Source: Antedon mediterranea
Lineage: Eukaryota > Animalia > Echinodermata
Length of the DNA stretch: 64,000 bases
Assembly (NCBI RefSeq): GCF_964355755.1
Contig: NC_092670.1
Coordinates: 18,338,795-18,402,794 of the forward strand
Reading direction: 5' to 3'
The stretch's first letter is position 1, and the number at the start of each line of letters is the position of its first letter. Shown piece by piece: positions 37,838 to 51,181 of this stretch. Under the pieces are notes generated by a model that saw only the letters and a program-made list of their open reading frames with translations, did no database searches and had not been told where the DNA came from. A program made the position numbers and the translations under genes.

Positions 37838-38870
37838 TCTTCTTTAAAGATGTTGAAATTGACATCTTCTATAAAGGTATTGAAATCGACTCCTTCTTTA
37901 AAGATGTTGAAATTGACATCTTCTTCAAAGATGTTGAAATTGACATCTTCTTTAAAGATGTTGAAATTGACATCTTCTATAAAGGTATTGAAATCGACTC
38001 CTTCTTTAAAGATGTTGAAATCGACTCCTTCTTTAAAGATGTTGAAATTGACATCTTCTATAAAGGTATTGAAATCGACTCCTTCTTTAAAGATGTTGAA
38101 ATCGACTCCTTCTTTAAAGATGTTGAAATTGACATCTTCTGTAAAGATATTGAAATTGACATCTTCTGTAAAGATATTGAAATTGACATCTTCTTTAAAG
38201 ATATTGAAATTGACATCTTCTGTAAAGATATTGAAATTGGCATCTTCTTTAAAGATGTTGAAATTGACATCTTCTTTAAAGATATTGAAATTGACATCTT
38301 CTGTAAAGATATTGAAATCGACTCCTTCTTTAAAGATGTTGAAATTGACATCTTCTGTAAAGATATTGAAATTGACATCTTCTATAAAGGTATTGAAATC
38401 GACTCCTTCTTTAAATATGTTTAAATTGACATCTTCTATAAAGGTATTGAAATCGACTCCTTCTTTAAAGATGTTGAAATTGACATCTTCTGTAAAGATA
38501 TTGAAATTGACATCTTCTTTAAAGATATTGAAATTGACATCTTCTTTAAAGATATTGAAATTGACATCTTCTTTAAAGATATGTTGAAATTGACATCTTC
38601 TTTAAAGATGTTGGAATTTACATTTTCTGTAAAGATGTTGACAAAAGATGATAAAATTGACATCTTCTGTAAAGATGATGAAATTTACATCTTAATCTGT
38701 AAAGATGTTGAAATTGAAATTTTCTGTGAAGATTTTTAAATTTATATTCTGAAAAGATGTTAAAATGGACATCTTCTGTAAACAGATCGTTAAAATGGAC
38801 ATCTCATTTGAAGATATATTTCCAAATGGACTTGAAGATATCTGAAGATTTCTTTAAAATGAACATCGTC
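37838..38870. repeat. 27-bp minisatellite, ~28 clean copies (to ~38610) plus a decaying tail
   Basis: GAT(G/A)TTGAAATTGACATCTTCT(T/G/A)TAAA and variant GGTATTGAAATCGACTCCTTCTTTAAA. Confidence 0.97.
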
Positions 38871-39831
38871 TATGTAAGGTTTATTTAAGGTGAATTAGGT
38901 CGTTTAAAAAAAAGAAAGACAAGGTGATTGTACTGTTTACTTTATTTATATAATTGTTTTTTTATATCTTTCAACAAATTAAAGTGTTACTGTTTCGTGA
39001 AGGTGACTGCTGAAGGCGGCAGCGTAAAGCATTTTTTTGTGAGAATTTCGTACACGACTCGGTCTCGAGAGTGTACCATACCTAGCATATTCAAAAGTGT
39101 TCAACAAGAGAAATTTATCACCGGTCGGATACGGTAAAGCGCCCTGTTTTCCCGAAGGCAATTCAACTATCTAGGGTACAGTCAATCGAATTACATTCAC
39201 CAATATTTTGGTTTTACTTCTGTGCGCTGGATTTTGCTGCGTCGTCGGCTTAGAAGGGAAGTGTTGTTCCGTACCTAACACCTGACACAATCCGTTTCCC
39301 GGCGCTAACAAAACCACTCTTTGACGCTAGCCTGGTACTGTATATTCATAATAGTTCTCTGCTTTCTATCACTTTTACTAAACAATTGTTATAACTAAAT
39401 TAATAGCGCTGTTGACATAATTGCGTTTATCATCACCACATTATCACTTAAGCAATTCGGATGTTTGACAAATTTAAAATGTCTCTGTGCATTCCTGATG
39501 CAGACAATTAATAGAAAAGTGTGAACGAATAAGGCCTATATTTAATAACTTATCCTCAAACAAAGTGATAATTACAATTGATTTATAATTTACTACATTA
39601 AAACAGGATTACACGCCTAAATAATGTACGTCTGACATAACTATATACACTTATTATCCGCAAGTAAAATTATGAAAATAAATTATTTATATTTACATAA
39701 AAAACGCTTGAATGAACAGGGAACCACATACGAACATAATGTTGATTTTATGTATACAATTAAAAGCAAGATACAAACTGAAATATGACATTCAGTCAGA
39801 CACAAAATAATACAATTGATACAAAAATACA

Positions 39832-40817
39832 TATCAAGAAATAGATGTCTTTGGTGAGAATAATTGCCTGTATTCTGAAATTACTACACATTTCCAGTTG
39901 ACTTGTATTATTATACCTTCATTATACTGCAATTAAATTATCTTATTATTGATTAGGATATTCTGGTAGAATTAAAATTAGGAAATAGGCCTATACAATC
40001 ATGTTGTGACTTTCTGTTTGTTGTAATTTCTTTTTTCCAAAACCTATGAAAAAACTTTTATAGTAAAAAGTTACCCTAAAAATTGTTAATCTGTATTCAG
40101 AAACAAAACATGAACGCGCGCGTACAAAATGTGTACCATTATTATCAAGAAATAGATGTCTTTGGTGAGAATAATTGCCTGTATTCTGAAATTACTATAC
40201 ACATTTCTAGTTGACTTGTATTATACCGTCATTATACTGCCATATTATCTTATTATTGATTAGGATATTCTGGTACCTGGCGAGAAACGGTATCAATTAC
40301 AAAAAAGTAAACATAAAGCTAGTAGTTGATTAGGCCGAAGGTGCGATTGAGTACTATAGTGGAACTATTATTATAATAAGTACATTAATGAACGCAATGT
40401 ATACAGGTGTGACGCAACGACTAACACTGAGATCATGCTGATATTTATACAAAGAGTTTTAATTGGCTTTTTTCATCCAAAAACTCGATATGACGTGAAA
40501 CAGGTCCTGGAAACGTATAATTGTATAATGGCTTCCCAGGGGATTGGTTTAAAACACCTGTCGTAATCAGCTTGTGATCCTTGACAACTGGTTAAACTCA
40601 GGTGTTTCCGGAAATTTGTTGAAATAAATGTACTTTGCGAATTAAAATTAGGAAATAGGCCTATACATGTTGTGTCAGACTTTCTGTTTGTTGTAATTTC
40701 TTTTTTCCAAAACCTATGAAAAAACTTTTATAATAAAAAGTTACCTTAACAATTGTTAATCTGTATTCAGAAACAAAACATGAACGCGCGCGTACAAAAT
40801 GTGTACCATTATTATCA
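39832..40817. repeat. Local duplication A-B-A'-X-B'
   Basis: A 39832-39968 matches A' 40143-40275. B 39969-40147 matches B' 40639-40817. X 40276-40638 is unique. Confidence 0.92.
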
Positions 40818-42680
40818 GTGTTTAAACGCGCACGCATCAAATCTTGTACCATATCCTTGGCGTCACTCACTAAATAATATTCGGCATTAAACATTAAATA
40901 TTGTCAGATTTTTAATAGAAAGGAACAATAATTAAATGGTGGCATGTAATGATTATGCACACAAATATGTAGTGCACTATTTTGTTGACAGGAAATGAAG
41001 CGGAACTTCAAAAGAATTAAACTAAGTCAAATGTATTCTTTGTTTCATTTTTAAATTGGAGAGGATTTTGAGAAACAGAAGTGGATAATCAATTTTATTT
41101 TCTGACAGGAGGTATGGTATACAGTAGATTTATGAATTAATAACGTGTTTTCGCTTTCGTTTCCAAAAAAAAAACAAATTATTGCCTATGTACAATTATT
41201 TTATGTAATTGGCCAAATAGACAAAATAATCTTATAAACAAAATAATTCACTTAAAAAAACCGCTGTAAATCCTCGTAAAATGAATAAACATTGCATGAC
41301 TGGAATGAAAACAAAATAATTGTAATACTAATATTTGGGATTTAATTATAATTTATAGCATTCATACTCGTCTTATAAAAGTACGCCCTCTATGGTAGAA
41401 TACTCGCAAATCTCGCGCGCGTGCATCTGATTGATATACTGTAAACATTTTTAAAACAAGGAATCAAAAGTATGTCTCGATGTGTACGGAACATTCTTAT
41501 TCATAACTCGACTGTATTCATAATGTTTAGATTACACTTCATATTCAATTATTCCAAGGTGATGAAGTCTCTGATAAATGTGTGCCACCGATATAAAGGT
41601 GATTTCTATGAATAAATAAATAGGGTCGCTAGCCCTGCGCTTCTGTCCTTGCGCTTCTGTCCTATAGTGGGAACGAACCTTATGTGTAAACACTTTTCGT
41701 GTTTTTAAATGCTGAATGAAACACTAAGTAAGTAATGTGGACATTTTCACGCAGTACCCAACACTTTAACCAAACTTTTATATTCAATTTCGTGGGTTAA
41801 AATGTATTATTTATATATAAACTTATATACGCCCTAGTTCTAGGGTATCATTCTAGTATCATTTGTCTGATATCTGTAGCCTAGATACGCCCATCCATTT
41901 AGATACTGTGGTTCTGGTACATGAATCTATTAACTATTATAATCCCATCTGTCATCGCCTTAATCAACAGAATAGTCAGTTTACTAAACATTGAAATATT
42001 AATGAAACGTTTTCTATTAAAACTGATTAATAATGATTGTTGTCTTCCGGTTCAGTCTGGACTAGCGCGCTTCCATTAGTGACGTCAGATAAAGTGTTTT
42101 TCTTTCTTATACAACTCATCGATATACTAACAAGGAGAATTGTCAAGCGGTTCATCCCAGCCCTGGCATATTTCAATAAAGTCATCAATTGTTTAAGGAA
42201 ATTAACCGTAAATTGTAAGCGGAAATTTTGGGCTGAAATGTGGGCAATTTTGCGCTTGATCGCCTTTTTAGTTGACCCGAGGCATAACGCTAGTATTTCG
42301 CGGTTCATCCTCCCAACTTGACCGGAGAATTTGTCGCGATTGACCTTTGTTGTGTCTAGTGGTCCGTTCTTCTGTCAGTATAAATAATAGGCATTCCATA
42401 TTCACTCGCTCCCTCTGGCAGTGTCTTTAGCCTAATTGTTGATTTTTTACTTTACTTATCACCTTTTGACGTAGTGAAGTTTCCAATTTTATTTTTTTGT
42501 TATCTTATCAGATTTGGTGGAATTGATTTAAAAGCACCAAAGCTGTTTAAAATCTAACCGGGTTTAGTACTCTTACTACAGAAGGGCGCACGCAATGACG
42601 TAGCAAAGTGATTTGACCAATCAAAAGCAAAGGCAGGATAATCATGGGTCAGGGTACTTGCGTTGCGTTTACGTCCATAA

Positions 42681-42831
42681 ACCTTGGTTCCGAGACAAGG
42701 ACGTAATAAACGCAACGCAAATAACTTGACCAATCACGACGTGATGGACCATCCGAACTGTCGCTTGTGATTGGTCAACTTATTTTTGTTGCCCATGCGA
42801 GCTCACGTTGTTTCCAAGTGGGAACCAATCT
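42681..42831. mobile_element. PIF/Harbinger-like MITE, degenerate copy (a second relic lies just upstream at ~42585-42677)
   Basis: TAA+ACCTTGGTTCC...AGTGGGAACCAATCT+TTA, internal GACCAATCAC and CGCTTGTGATTGGTCAA. Confidence 0.75.
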
Positions 42832-43115
42832 TTAGTCTTGGTCTAAATGTGTCAATATGATGAATATTCATTCATCTTTTATTTCGGAAAAAAAAAATTT
42901 ATTCTCCATAGCTTAAGAATATGAATGATATACTAACTCCCATCACCTGCAAATTCAAATCACACACAGATACTGATAACCCACTGAAAATGTAATTAAT
43001 ATTCCAATATGTCCAATGGGAAATAAGAAAATAAAAATATCCTGTTTTCTATTTCCCCAACCACGTTTATATGTAATGTTACTCCCTAAAATAGGTATTA
43101 AACAGCGAAATATTT

Positions 43116-43275
43116 AGCGGGTTCGCATTGTCTGTAAAGCAACGCAAGGACGTAGACACAACGAAAGCGAGTTGACCAATCACACGCGACTGTTCGAATA
43201 ATCCATCGCTTGAGATTGGTCAAATCACGCTGCGTTACGTTCTTGCGTTGCGTTCTATTACGTCACTATAGTTGG
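43116..43275. mobile_element. Same MITE family, degenerate
   Basis: GCAACGCAAGGACGTAGAC..GACCAATCAC..GATTGGTCAA..TTGCGTTGCGT. Confidence 0.7.
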
Positions 43276-46249
43276 TACGCAAATAATAGGTAAGATACCA
43301 CCTCGTACGTAACAATGGTAGGCATGCACTATCACAGGAAAAGTAACAATGATATTAATGGTCATTTTTAAGTGAAACATCCACATAAATTGTGCTTATG
43401 AACCATTTCAATAGTTCTATAAATAATAAGATTTCGTAAATCAGATATTGTCTTCAAAGTTCAACTAACTCGGAGAACGATAAGTTGTTTTAAAGACTTT
43501 AAGATGAATCATTGAAGGAATAGAGAGTTGTGTTTGCCGCTGTCAAGAATAACGGCAATAATTGCAAGGGTGACTTGTAGTTCAGGGTGAGTCAACAGAC
43601 ATCATGTCCTATATACTAGCCCTGTTGGTTCATCGACCCCTCCACCAACGGGAACCAACTGAGATTTTCCCCCAGTCAGAGGAAATTCTTTCTTATTTCA
43701 CAGGAAATGAGGAAAATGAACATCTGCGACGATGTCACTTATTCGTTTTTTAAAAACTTATAAAGTTAAACAAATCAAATAACTGCATTTCATCCTTTTC
43801 AATTAATGAGCCGATTATTATAATTTATTTGTATACCCTTTGGGTGACTACCGGGTCGGCAATCATCATACGCAGGTTTTTTTTACAACGATATACTGTA
43901 GGACTGTCAGTAACACACTACTTTTGAGAGCAACTACACTACGTTTGAGGGCAACTACATTGAGGTCCTCATGCAACTTATACTGTTTGAGTTATCCTTA
44001 AAAAATTTAGATTAACTAAACAAAAAACAACAAATCTTTTTTAATTGATTAACACTGCACTTTTTACAACATATGTCAGCAAATAGAAAAGGTTTACCAG
44101 AATATACAACATATTTTCTAGACTATTTCTGCGGTTGTGTTTTTAGTTTGATGTGATCTGTTACGCAAAGTTAAACAGTAATAATTATTGAAATTTTAGC
44201 AAAACATGGTCTTTAATTAGGATCTCTATTTGTAGTATCATATTAATCAGCAGATTCATACTTTTCTATATTACAATGTGATTATAAATGCCCTTGGAAA
44301 TGTGGTGGTACTTGGAAAGTAACCGTTGTTTATTCTACATCGGTGTTATTTCTTGGTTTCATGCATGAGAATTGTTTGAGGGACTTGATAGGGCAAATGC
44401 AATAAGGAAACGTAGTGAGTATTACTTCCTTTATTGCATACATTGCCTTAAAAGTGTCAAAGATTGTTAACCAGATGGGTAAGTCAACGTCTTTGGGCTT
44501 GGTACGCCCGAGCACTAGCCCAAATGCCCACCTTCTCTCCCCAAACTTATATACAGATGTCATCCCTCGTTGTAAGGGTCTGCAACCTTTCCGAACTTGG
44601 AACGTTTCAATGCTATCCCAGATAATAATATAAATGGTCATACGCCAATCCAACCCAGTTTACCCAACCCCTACTATAGACACACGTGTCATCGCCATCG
44701 TTAGCCAGATTCAGATTTAGCAACGACAACGTCCTGTTGTTTGGATTGGTTTTCTTCCCCTGTCACTTATCTACGTAGTTATACGTTAAATTGTCAACAA
44801 TTCGAATAAGATTAATTAATATCCGGTACTTGATGTAGTCTAAATCAATTGAAATAAAAGTTATTCAAATTTGCTCATTTTGTTTTTATCGCACCAATTT
44901 GTAATAGTACCGTGTGTAGTTTTAACGACGCATATAGGCCTACGTACTAAGTTAGCTTTGCAGTAACAATAAATTAATACTATTATAACGATTCATAGTT
45001 AATTACTCATTAAATAATAATATGATATCCTATTGAGCCATGTTGTCATTTTTTCACATAAGGAATTTTTGCGCGTAAGTGTTGCGTTGCGTCACATAGC
45101 TTGTACGCAACGCACTGAAATTAGGTACAACGCAAATAATTTTACTAGTAATGGATTATCCAAACTGTCGCTTGTGATTGGTCAGCTCGCTTGAGTACGC
45201 GCTTATGAACAAAGTAGCTTTTTTGAGATACAATTCACTCTGAATGTATCAAGACATTCTTCAAAACAACCAGACGACAACAGGTAAACAAAGCTACATT
45301 GGAACAGGTGAGACATGTCGACCTTCTACCTATCACTCTAATGCAATGATAATTGAGAAGAATGCAGAAATGGAATTTACCTGTTGCGTTTTCCAATTTG
45401 TTCAATCATGTAGATGCTTATTTTGTATTGTTTCAATGTTGTACAATTTCAACAGTACGCATGTGTATTGATGGGTCCAAGGTAGCAGTTATAGGCCTGG
45501 GCCTAATCGGTCCGATTTCATGGGAATTAGATGTTGGAAACTAAACATACTTTAAACCTACTACTACTGAATGACGTCAAATTCTTATTTTCACTATGGG
45601 CGTGGTTATAAAGACGCAAATGAACTCTCTACTTAATTTTCCCAAGGTGTTATGGATGAAACCATACATGTTGTCAAGTAAAGAGAAAACAGTACAACTC
45701 CGCTCATAGCAACACTAGTTAGAACGTACATGTGATTTGACCAATCACAAGTAATGGCTCATCCAAACTATCAATTATTGCGTGCGTGCGTATTCTTTAA
45801 GTGTGTTACTGTTGCAAGTGTTCCAAGTTTTTAAAATGTGATTATCATTCTGTAGATTTTAAAATAATATATTACTCTTATTTCTTTAATATATAAAATA
45901 TAAATGAGGCTATAAATATGCTACCCACAACTGAAACTTGTCATGATGATTTATTTTTCGGTTTATAGTGACTTCAAAATTTCTAAAACCATGAATCCGA
46001 GATTGAAATGTGTCATGTTCAAGATATGTCAAGTTTAAACCACAGGAAGTATTTAATATACAACTACTTGAGACCCAACAAGGGCCGACGTGTTGTTAAA
46101 AGTACACGATTGATTTACCGTACAATAATATATCTAACACTTTATTTACTATGGAAGGCTGTAGATGCCAAAAATAATATTGATTATAACATTTTGTAGT
46201 TTTACTTTACATTCTCAAACACCAGTCTATTTGATAAACTAGTGCATAG

Positions 46250-46285
46250 GCTAAACCATGGAGAAATATTTCTCCATGGCTAAAC
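46250..46285. mobile_element. 22-bp perfect palindrome with 7-bp target duplication, probable P/Galileo-type footprint
   Basis: GCTAAAC + CATGGAGAAAT|ATTTCTCCATG + GCTAAAC. Confidence 0.7.
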
Positions 46286-49200
46286 TTAACGATGCAAAAA
46301 TGACAATAGAACTAATAAATGAGCTCGCACTAAACACTATTGAAAACGCTTTTTAAAATACTGCTGTATTTAAATCGCAATCATAAATCATAAAACAACA
46401 TTGTTTTACAATGAACATTTTCATTCTGTTTTCGGAAAATAAAAAGTTTCGACGAAAGAGATCTTATTTCAAAATAATGTAATACAGATATTCTTTATAA
46501 TGAACTTACTCCCTCCGCTGCTGCAGTAAAGTCAAAACTCTACAGTATTTCACAGTAAACCTTTAATCTAAGACATTATTGCTATGCCGATTATTGTTCA
46601 GTTTTACTGTGCCTAGGCCTAGGCCTAACATAATTAATATGGAGTAGACTTAATAATAATAAAATAATATTCAATTCTCCATGGCATTATCACTGAATTT
46701 CGTTAACCCAAAGATAATATTAATATAACTATATTAAAGAAAGAAAAAATAACCCCAGGCCGTAGACGTCCAGCGCGTGGGTACATTTTGTTTGCAAATT
46801 AATATGTCAAAAACTGCCATGTACTAAAAAAGCACGTTCTATTTCTGTCCAGAATCGAAGTTTCCGGTGGCGCCTTACTGAAATTACCGGGAAGCTTATA
46901 CAATCGTCTCGACGCAAAACGTGTATTCTTCATTTTAATATTATACTTAACTAATGTTATTAAGAGGTTTAATAATTTCTTTGATCAATTATGAGTCATA
47001 TTTTCATAAAGTGTCACTTTTAGATCCATATGTCTATATTTAGAGCGTTAGTTGCGGTGCGACAACAGCCCCACCTTTGTTTCGGTGTGCATTTACCAGC
47101 AGGAGGTACGTGATTTGTTGTCTGCTTCTGTGATTCAATGGAAACATGATTGTGGTTGGGTACGCCAATCAGTGTCTCCGCACGGGTCCCGTAAGCTTAA
47201 TTTTACTTGGAAATTCACAAGAAATACAAACATACATGACAACTGGTTCGTCTCGGTACCTATGAAGTGGTCCTCAGACTGTCATTGGTGGTTTAATGAC
47301 CTTCGACACGTAAAATGTTAAGGATGGGGCAGCAATCTATCGCCAAAATTATAGAGAACTAAATGTATTGTTATAGTTGTAGTAACCGATGTATTATTCA
47401 ATTCACCTCTGATTGATAAAAATGATATATAGGTTGTTCCATTTGTAGTTTCGTTTTGAAAATGTTAAAAAGTCCTTGTTCTCTAAAACCTTTGTCTCAA
47501 CCAAAATAGTATAATTATTCTTTCTTTTAAGATGAAAACAAAAAACGGGAGTTGATTATAATTATTTAAAACATTCTATTTTGGAATCACAAAAACAACT
47601 TTTTCTTGACTATCAGTAAACTTAAACCTATCGATCCACCAGCCAAGTTTATTTGCGCGAATTGGAAGCGATGGTTTAGGCGCACTTACTTTTTCTGATG
47701 CGCAACCAATCAGAATTCAAGAATCTCCGATTTGCGCACATTTAATTCCCTCAGTGGAGAAAGAAATGTAATAACTATCAAGAACAATTGCTTTCAACAA
47801 GTTTTATTTACTTGAAGGTAGTGTGCATTCTTCCGTCTCTCCATCGTGGATCGTGTTTATCTTTTCATCGATCGATTTATTAGTAATTGAACGGGAGACT
47901 ATACCTTTATAGTGATTGCTATCTGCTTAGAATCCCTTGTGATTCGCTGCTGAGTAAATCGTGAGCTAAACTCGTCTCAAAAGTTGAAACAATGAGAATA
48001 GTATTTATTCAAATACAAATGTATCAGTTAAATAGATTTAGATCTTGAATGAAACCTAGAAATACAACCAAAACTACTGTGATCCAGAAACCTAGATTAT
48101 TTTGTTTTCAAGTGCGTTACAAAGTAGCTTGTCAGGTTGTTAGTCCGCTAAAATCTCCAGTGTAGGCCTACATTATTCGTCGATATACGTATTTTATAGC
48201 TGCTATAGAACACATAATAATCCAAAAACTATTCCAAACGCAAAAGGCACTAGATTCAATAAACGCGTTTTGCGTTTTTTTGTGATTTTGTGACGGAGTA
48301 GCCTACCCTATTGCCGTAACTTATCAATTGTCATAACATTGACATAGACGTGGGAAAAAAAGACTGCGACACAGAATGCCCGCTGTACCAACAATCGGTG
48401 TATAATGCTTATTTTTGAGGTTTTAAATTTATTAATAAAAATATAGAAACAAGAGCTCCCCACTGGTGTTAAATTGGACGTAAATATAGCTGTTTGTTTA
48501 CTGAAAAGTTGTAAAGTTCAAGTCCCTGTATATTCAGTATTATTTGATAACCTGTTTCTTTGTCATTTCTCAATGTAATTAACCCAGATACGAAGTTTAC
48601 GCAAGGCACCGCCGTTGAGGGAACAGTTTCAGGTGTGCGCACTACGACGCCCATGCATTGGTCCGTCGACCATCGGCTTCTTGTCGAATGTTTAAAAAGA
48701 AAAAAGTCAAGCGAACCCAACTTGACAACAAACTTTCGGCCTTTGGAGACTGTCACACAGCAAATCGCTTTTGTTCCCGGGAGTCCAATTCAACACGTAG
48801 AATTAGGTGAAATCATTATGATTCATACAGAGTTAAAAGGAAATCCCCAGGAATCATTTATTGTACTGAGCACATCCAGGTCTTGGAAAAATTATGAATA
48901 AATTAACCCTTTTTATGAAGTTCTATGACAACAAGGGATATGATATTATTAGGATAAATGTATTCTTTAGTGAGGCTTATAGATAATGTCCACAAGGCCA
49001 TCCACATTGATATCCATCCACATTGATACATTTAGGATATCATATTTGTAGCTGCTACTGTGTGACTGGAACCGCTTAATAAGTTTACATTATGTCTTTT
49101 GTAAAACTTTATTACTAGGGACTATAAGGGATGATGTCAAACTTATTTACTGCAACAATGTATGGTTTTAGTTTGTTCATTGTATGAGGCAGTCTACAAT

Positions 49201-50199
49201 AAACACTGCTGTATACTGTAATAAGTTTCAAATGGTCCCAAAGTGAGTGGATAAAGGGAATAAATAAAACATAAAAAGAAATAAATTTCAAAAACGCAAG
49301 ACTCGTTTATTGAAAAAAATCAAAAAACAATTTCTTACGCAAACCTTCCCGTGTCTATAAAGTGGCCTTTCGTTATTTATAGTCTAAAGTGCATTTTTTA
49401 TCGAGAATTTCTATTTTTAAAATGTTATTTTTTATTTGTATATTTTAAATTGACAGCAGCAGTATTATGAACTACGGGTCTTTGTATGATATACAGTAAT
49501 TTGATGTTTCTTTTAATATGCTTCTCTTATATAACCACTGTACCTTGTCAACCTTATCATCTGCCATTTGGCAGGTCCATGACAGTCTTCTTTCTTCATA
49601 CTTCTTTATGCTGCTTTTAGTATTCTGAAATGAATTTGCATCGAATAAAATTGTTATACTTTTTTTTCTTTATTCATAAACAGTCTTTATAATTTAGGAT
49701 TAATAGTTTCAGTTAATTTTTCTTTGCTTCACAAAATATAGTGGAGGAACCTAAGAGAAAGCACAGTTTGAATTATGCCTAATTAGGCCTAATTCATTAA
49801 TGTTTATGAAAAACATCGCTAAAAGTTTTTTCTAGTTTGATTATTAATCAATTAAAAAAATTAGGCCTATGTTAAATTAATATGTATTTCAAAAACATGA
49901 ATTAACAAACATTTAATTTCGAAACATCAAAATGTAATTTTGCTCCCAAAACGTTAGAACATTTATCTAGTGTCATGATACCTTTTTTTTTCTATACATC
50001 ATAATCTGTATTGTTATTAATATTAATACATGTCTGCGGCTCCTGCAGTGAATACAAACCACAATGCAATGTTCTTTAGCCTTCCCACCGTTCAGTCGGT
50101 AATGAAATTGTCCTGCAATTATAAAATAAGACAATAGAAAAACATGATATCACGATCTTAAATGTAAAAGCTGGTGACTTTCAAACATTGATCATATAC

Positions 50200-50590
50200 G
50201 GCTCTATTAGATTTCGGCGCCTGCTCAGTAGGGTTCACGATCTGCCAGTACCTCGCGCATGTACAACGTTTCAGCGGCGACGAGCATCGCGGGGAGGAAA
50301 GCTATTGGGCACAAGAGCGCCTACGGGGTCAACTGACTCGATCTCGTATAGTCCCGCCCACTTTGAAATAGTGGCGGGGCAAACCAACTCGAGTAGTTTA
50401 TTCGTCCAAACACCTGCTGAGAAACCCATGCGTAAATTAATAAAAACACGACGACCGTGGATACAACACTATTATTCTGTCAGGTATTGTAACAACACAT
50501 ACACTGGGCCTTATATTTATTGGAATACTATTAGTGAGATCTGCTGCTGCAATTATTCAGACGAATTTTACTTGTATGTTGCGAACCGCC
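50200..50590 (+). promoter_or_regulatory. twist proximal promoter and 5' UTR
   Basis: CpG-rich patch directly upstream of the CDS. Inverted GC boxes at 50353-50379 surround CTTTGAA. E-box CACCTG at 50411 and TATA-like TAATAAAAA at ~50438. Confidence 0.55.
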
Positions 50591-51181
50591 ATGCCGATTT
50601 TTAAAGTCGACCCTGATGACAATCATCTATACTCCACACAGCTATCACCAGGTGAAGTGGGCTCACTTGATTTAGAACATAGTCCTCATAGCCATCATTC
50701 GGAAGACGGAATGATGACAAAAGCAAAACATCCAAATTATCATCAACATTTTACGTCGAGAAAACGACGATTTCGTGACGATTCCGAGGACGAAGACCAG
50801 GATAGAGCAAGTTCACACGGAAGTCCGGACAGTAGCGGAGAAAATGGTTTAAAAAGGCGAAAAATATCAGGACAAAGTTACGAAGAACTTCAAACGCAGA
50901 GAGTTATGGCAAATGTACGTGAACGTCAACGAACACAATCTTTGAACGATGCTTTCTCAAATTTAAGAAAGATTATTCCCACGTTACCGTCAGATAAACT
51001 TAGCAAAATACAAACATTGAAACTTGCATCACGGTATATAGACTTTTTGTACCAAGTTTTACGAAGCGATGAAACGGACAATAAAATGGCTAGTTGTAGC
51101 TATGTAGCCCACGAAAGACTTAGCTATGCTTTTTCAGTGTGGAGGATGGAGGGTGCATGGAATTCAATGGCACAACGATAA
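50591..51181 (+). CDS. twist: Twist bHLH transcription factor (196 aa, CDS without intron)
   Basis: b[58 protein letters not shown] and WR motif [16 protein letters not shown]. Basic NLS-like RKRR and KRRK. ATG at 50591 is in ACCGCCATG context, with an alternative in-frame ATG at 50576. Confidence 0.98.
   Translation: MPIFKVDPDDNHLYSTQLSPGEVGSLDLEHSPHSHHSEDGMMTKAKHPNYHQHFTSRKRRFRDDSEDEDQDRASSHGSPDSSGENGLKRRKISGQSYEELQTQRVMANVRERQRTQSLNDAFSNLRKIIPTLPSDKLSKIQTLKLASRYIDFLYQVLRSDETDNKMASCSYVAHERLSYAFSVWRMEGAWNSMAQR

Noticed and set aside
37789-38663. 211-aa and 245-aa repeat-protein ORFs and antisense ORFs
   Set aside because: They are a by-product of a 27-bp unit that lacks stops in several frames. 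There is no domain or splice support.
50188-50604. 138-aa ORF overlapping the twist start, and the GTG start at 50534
   Set aside because: It has a non-ATG start in a GC-rich promoter and no recognisable protein. The ATG at 50591 has the better context.
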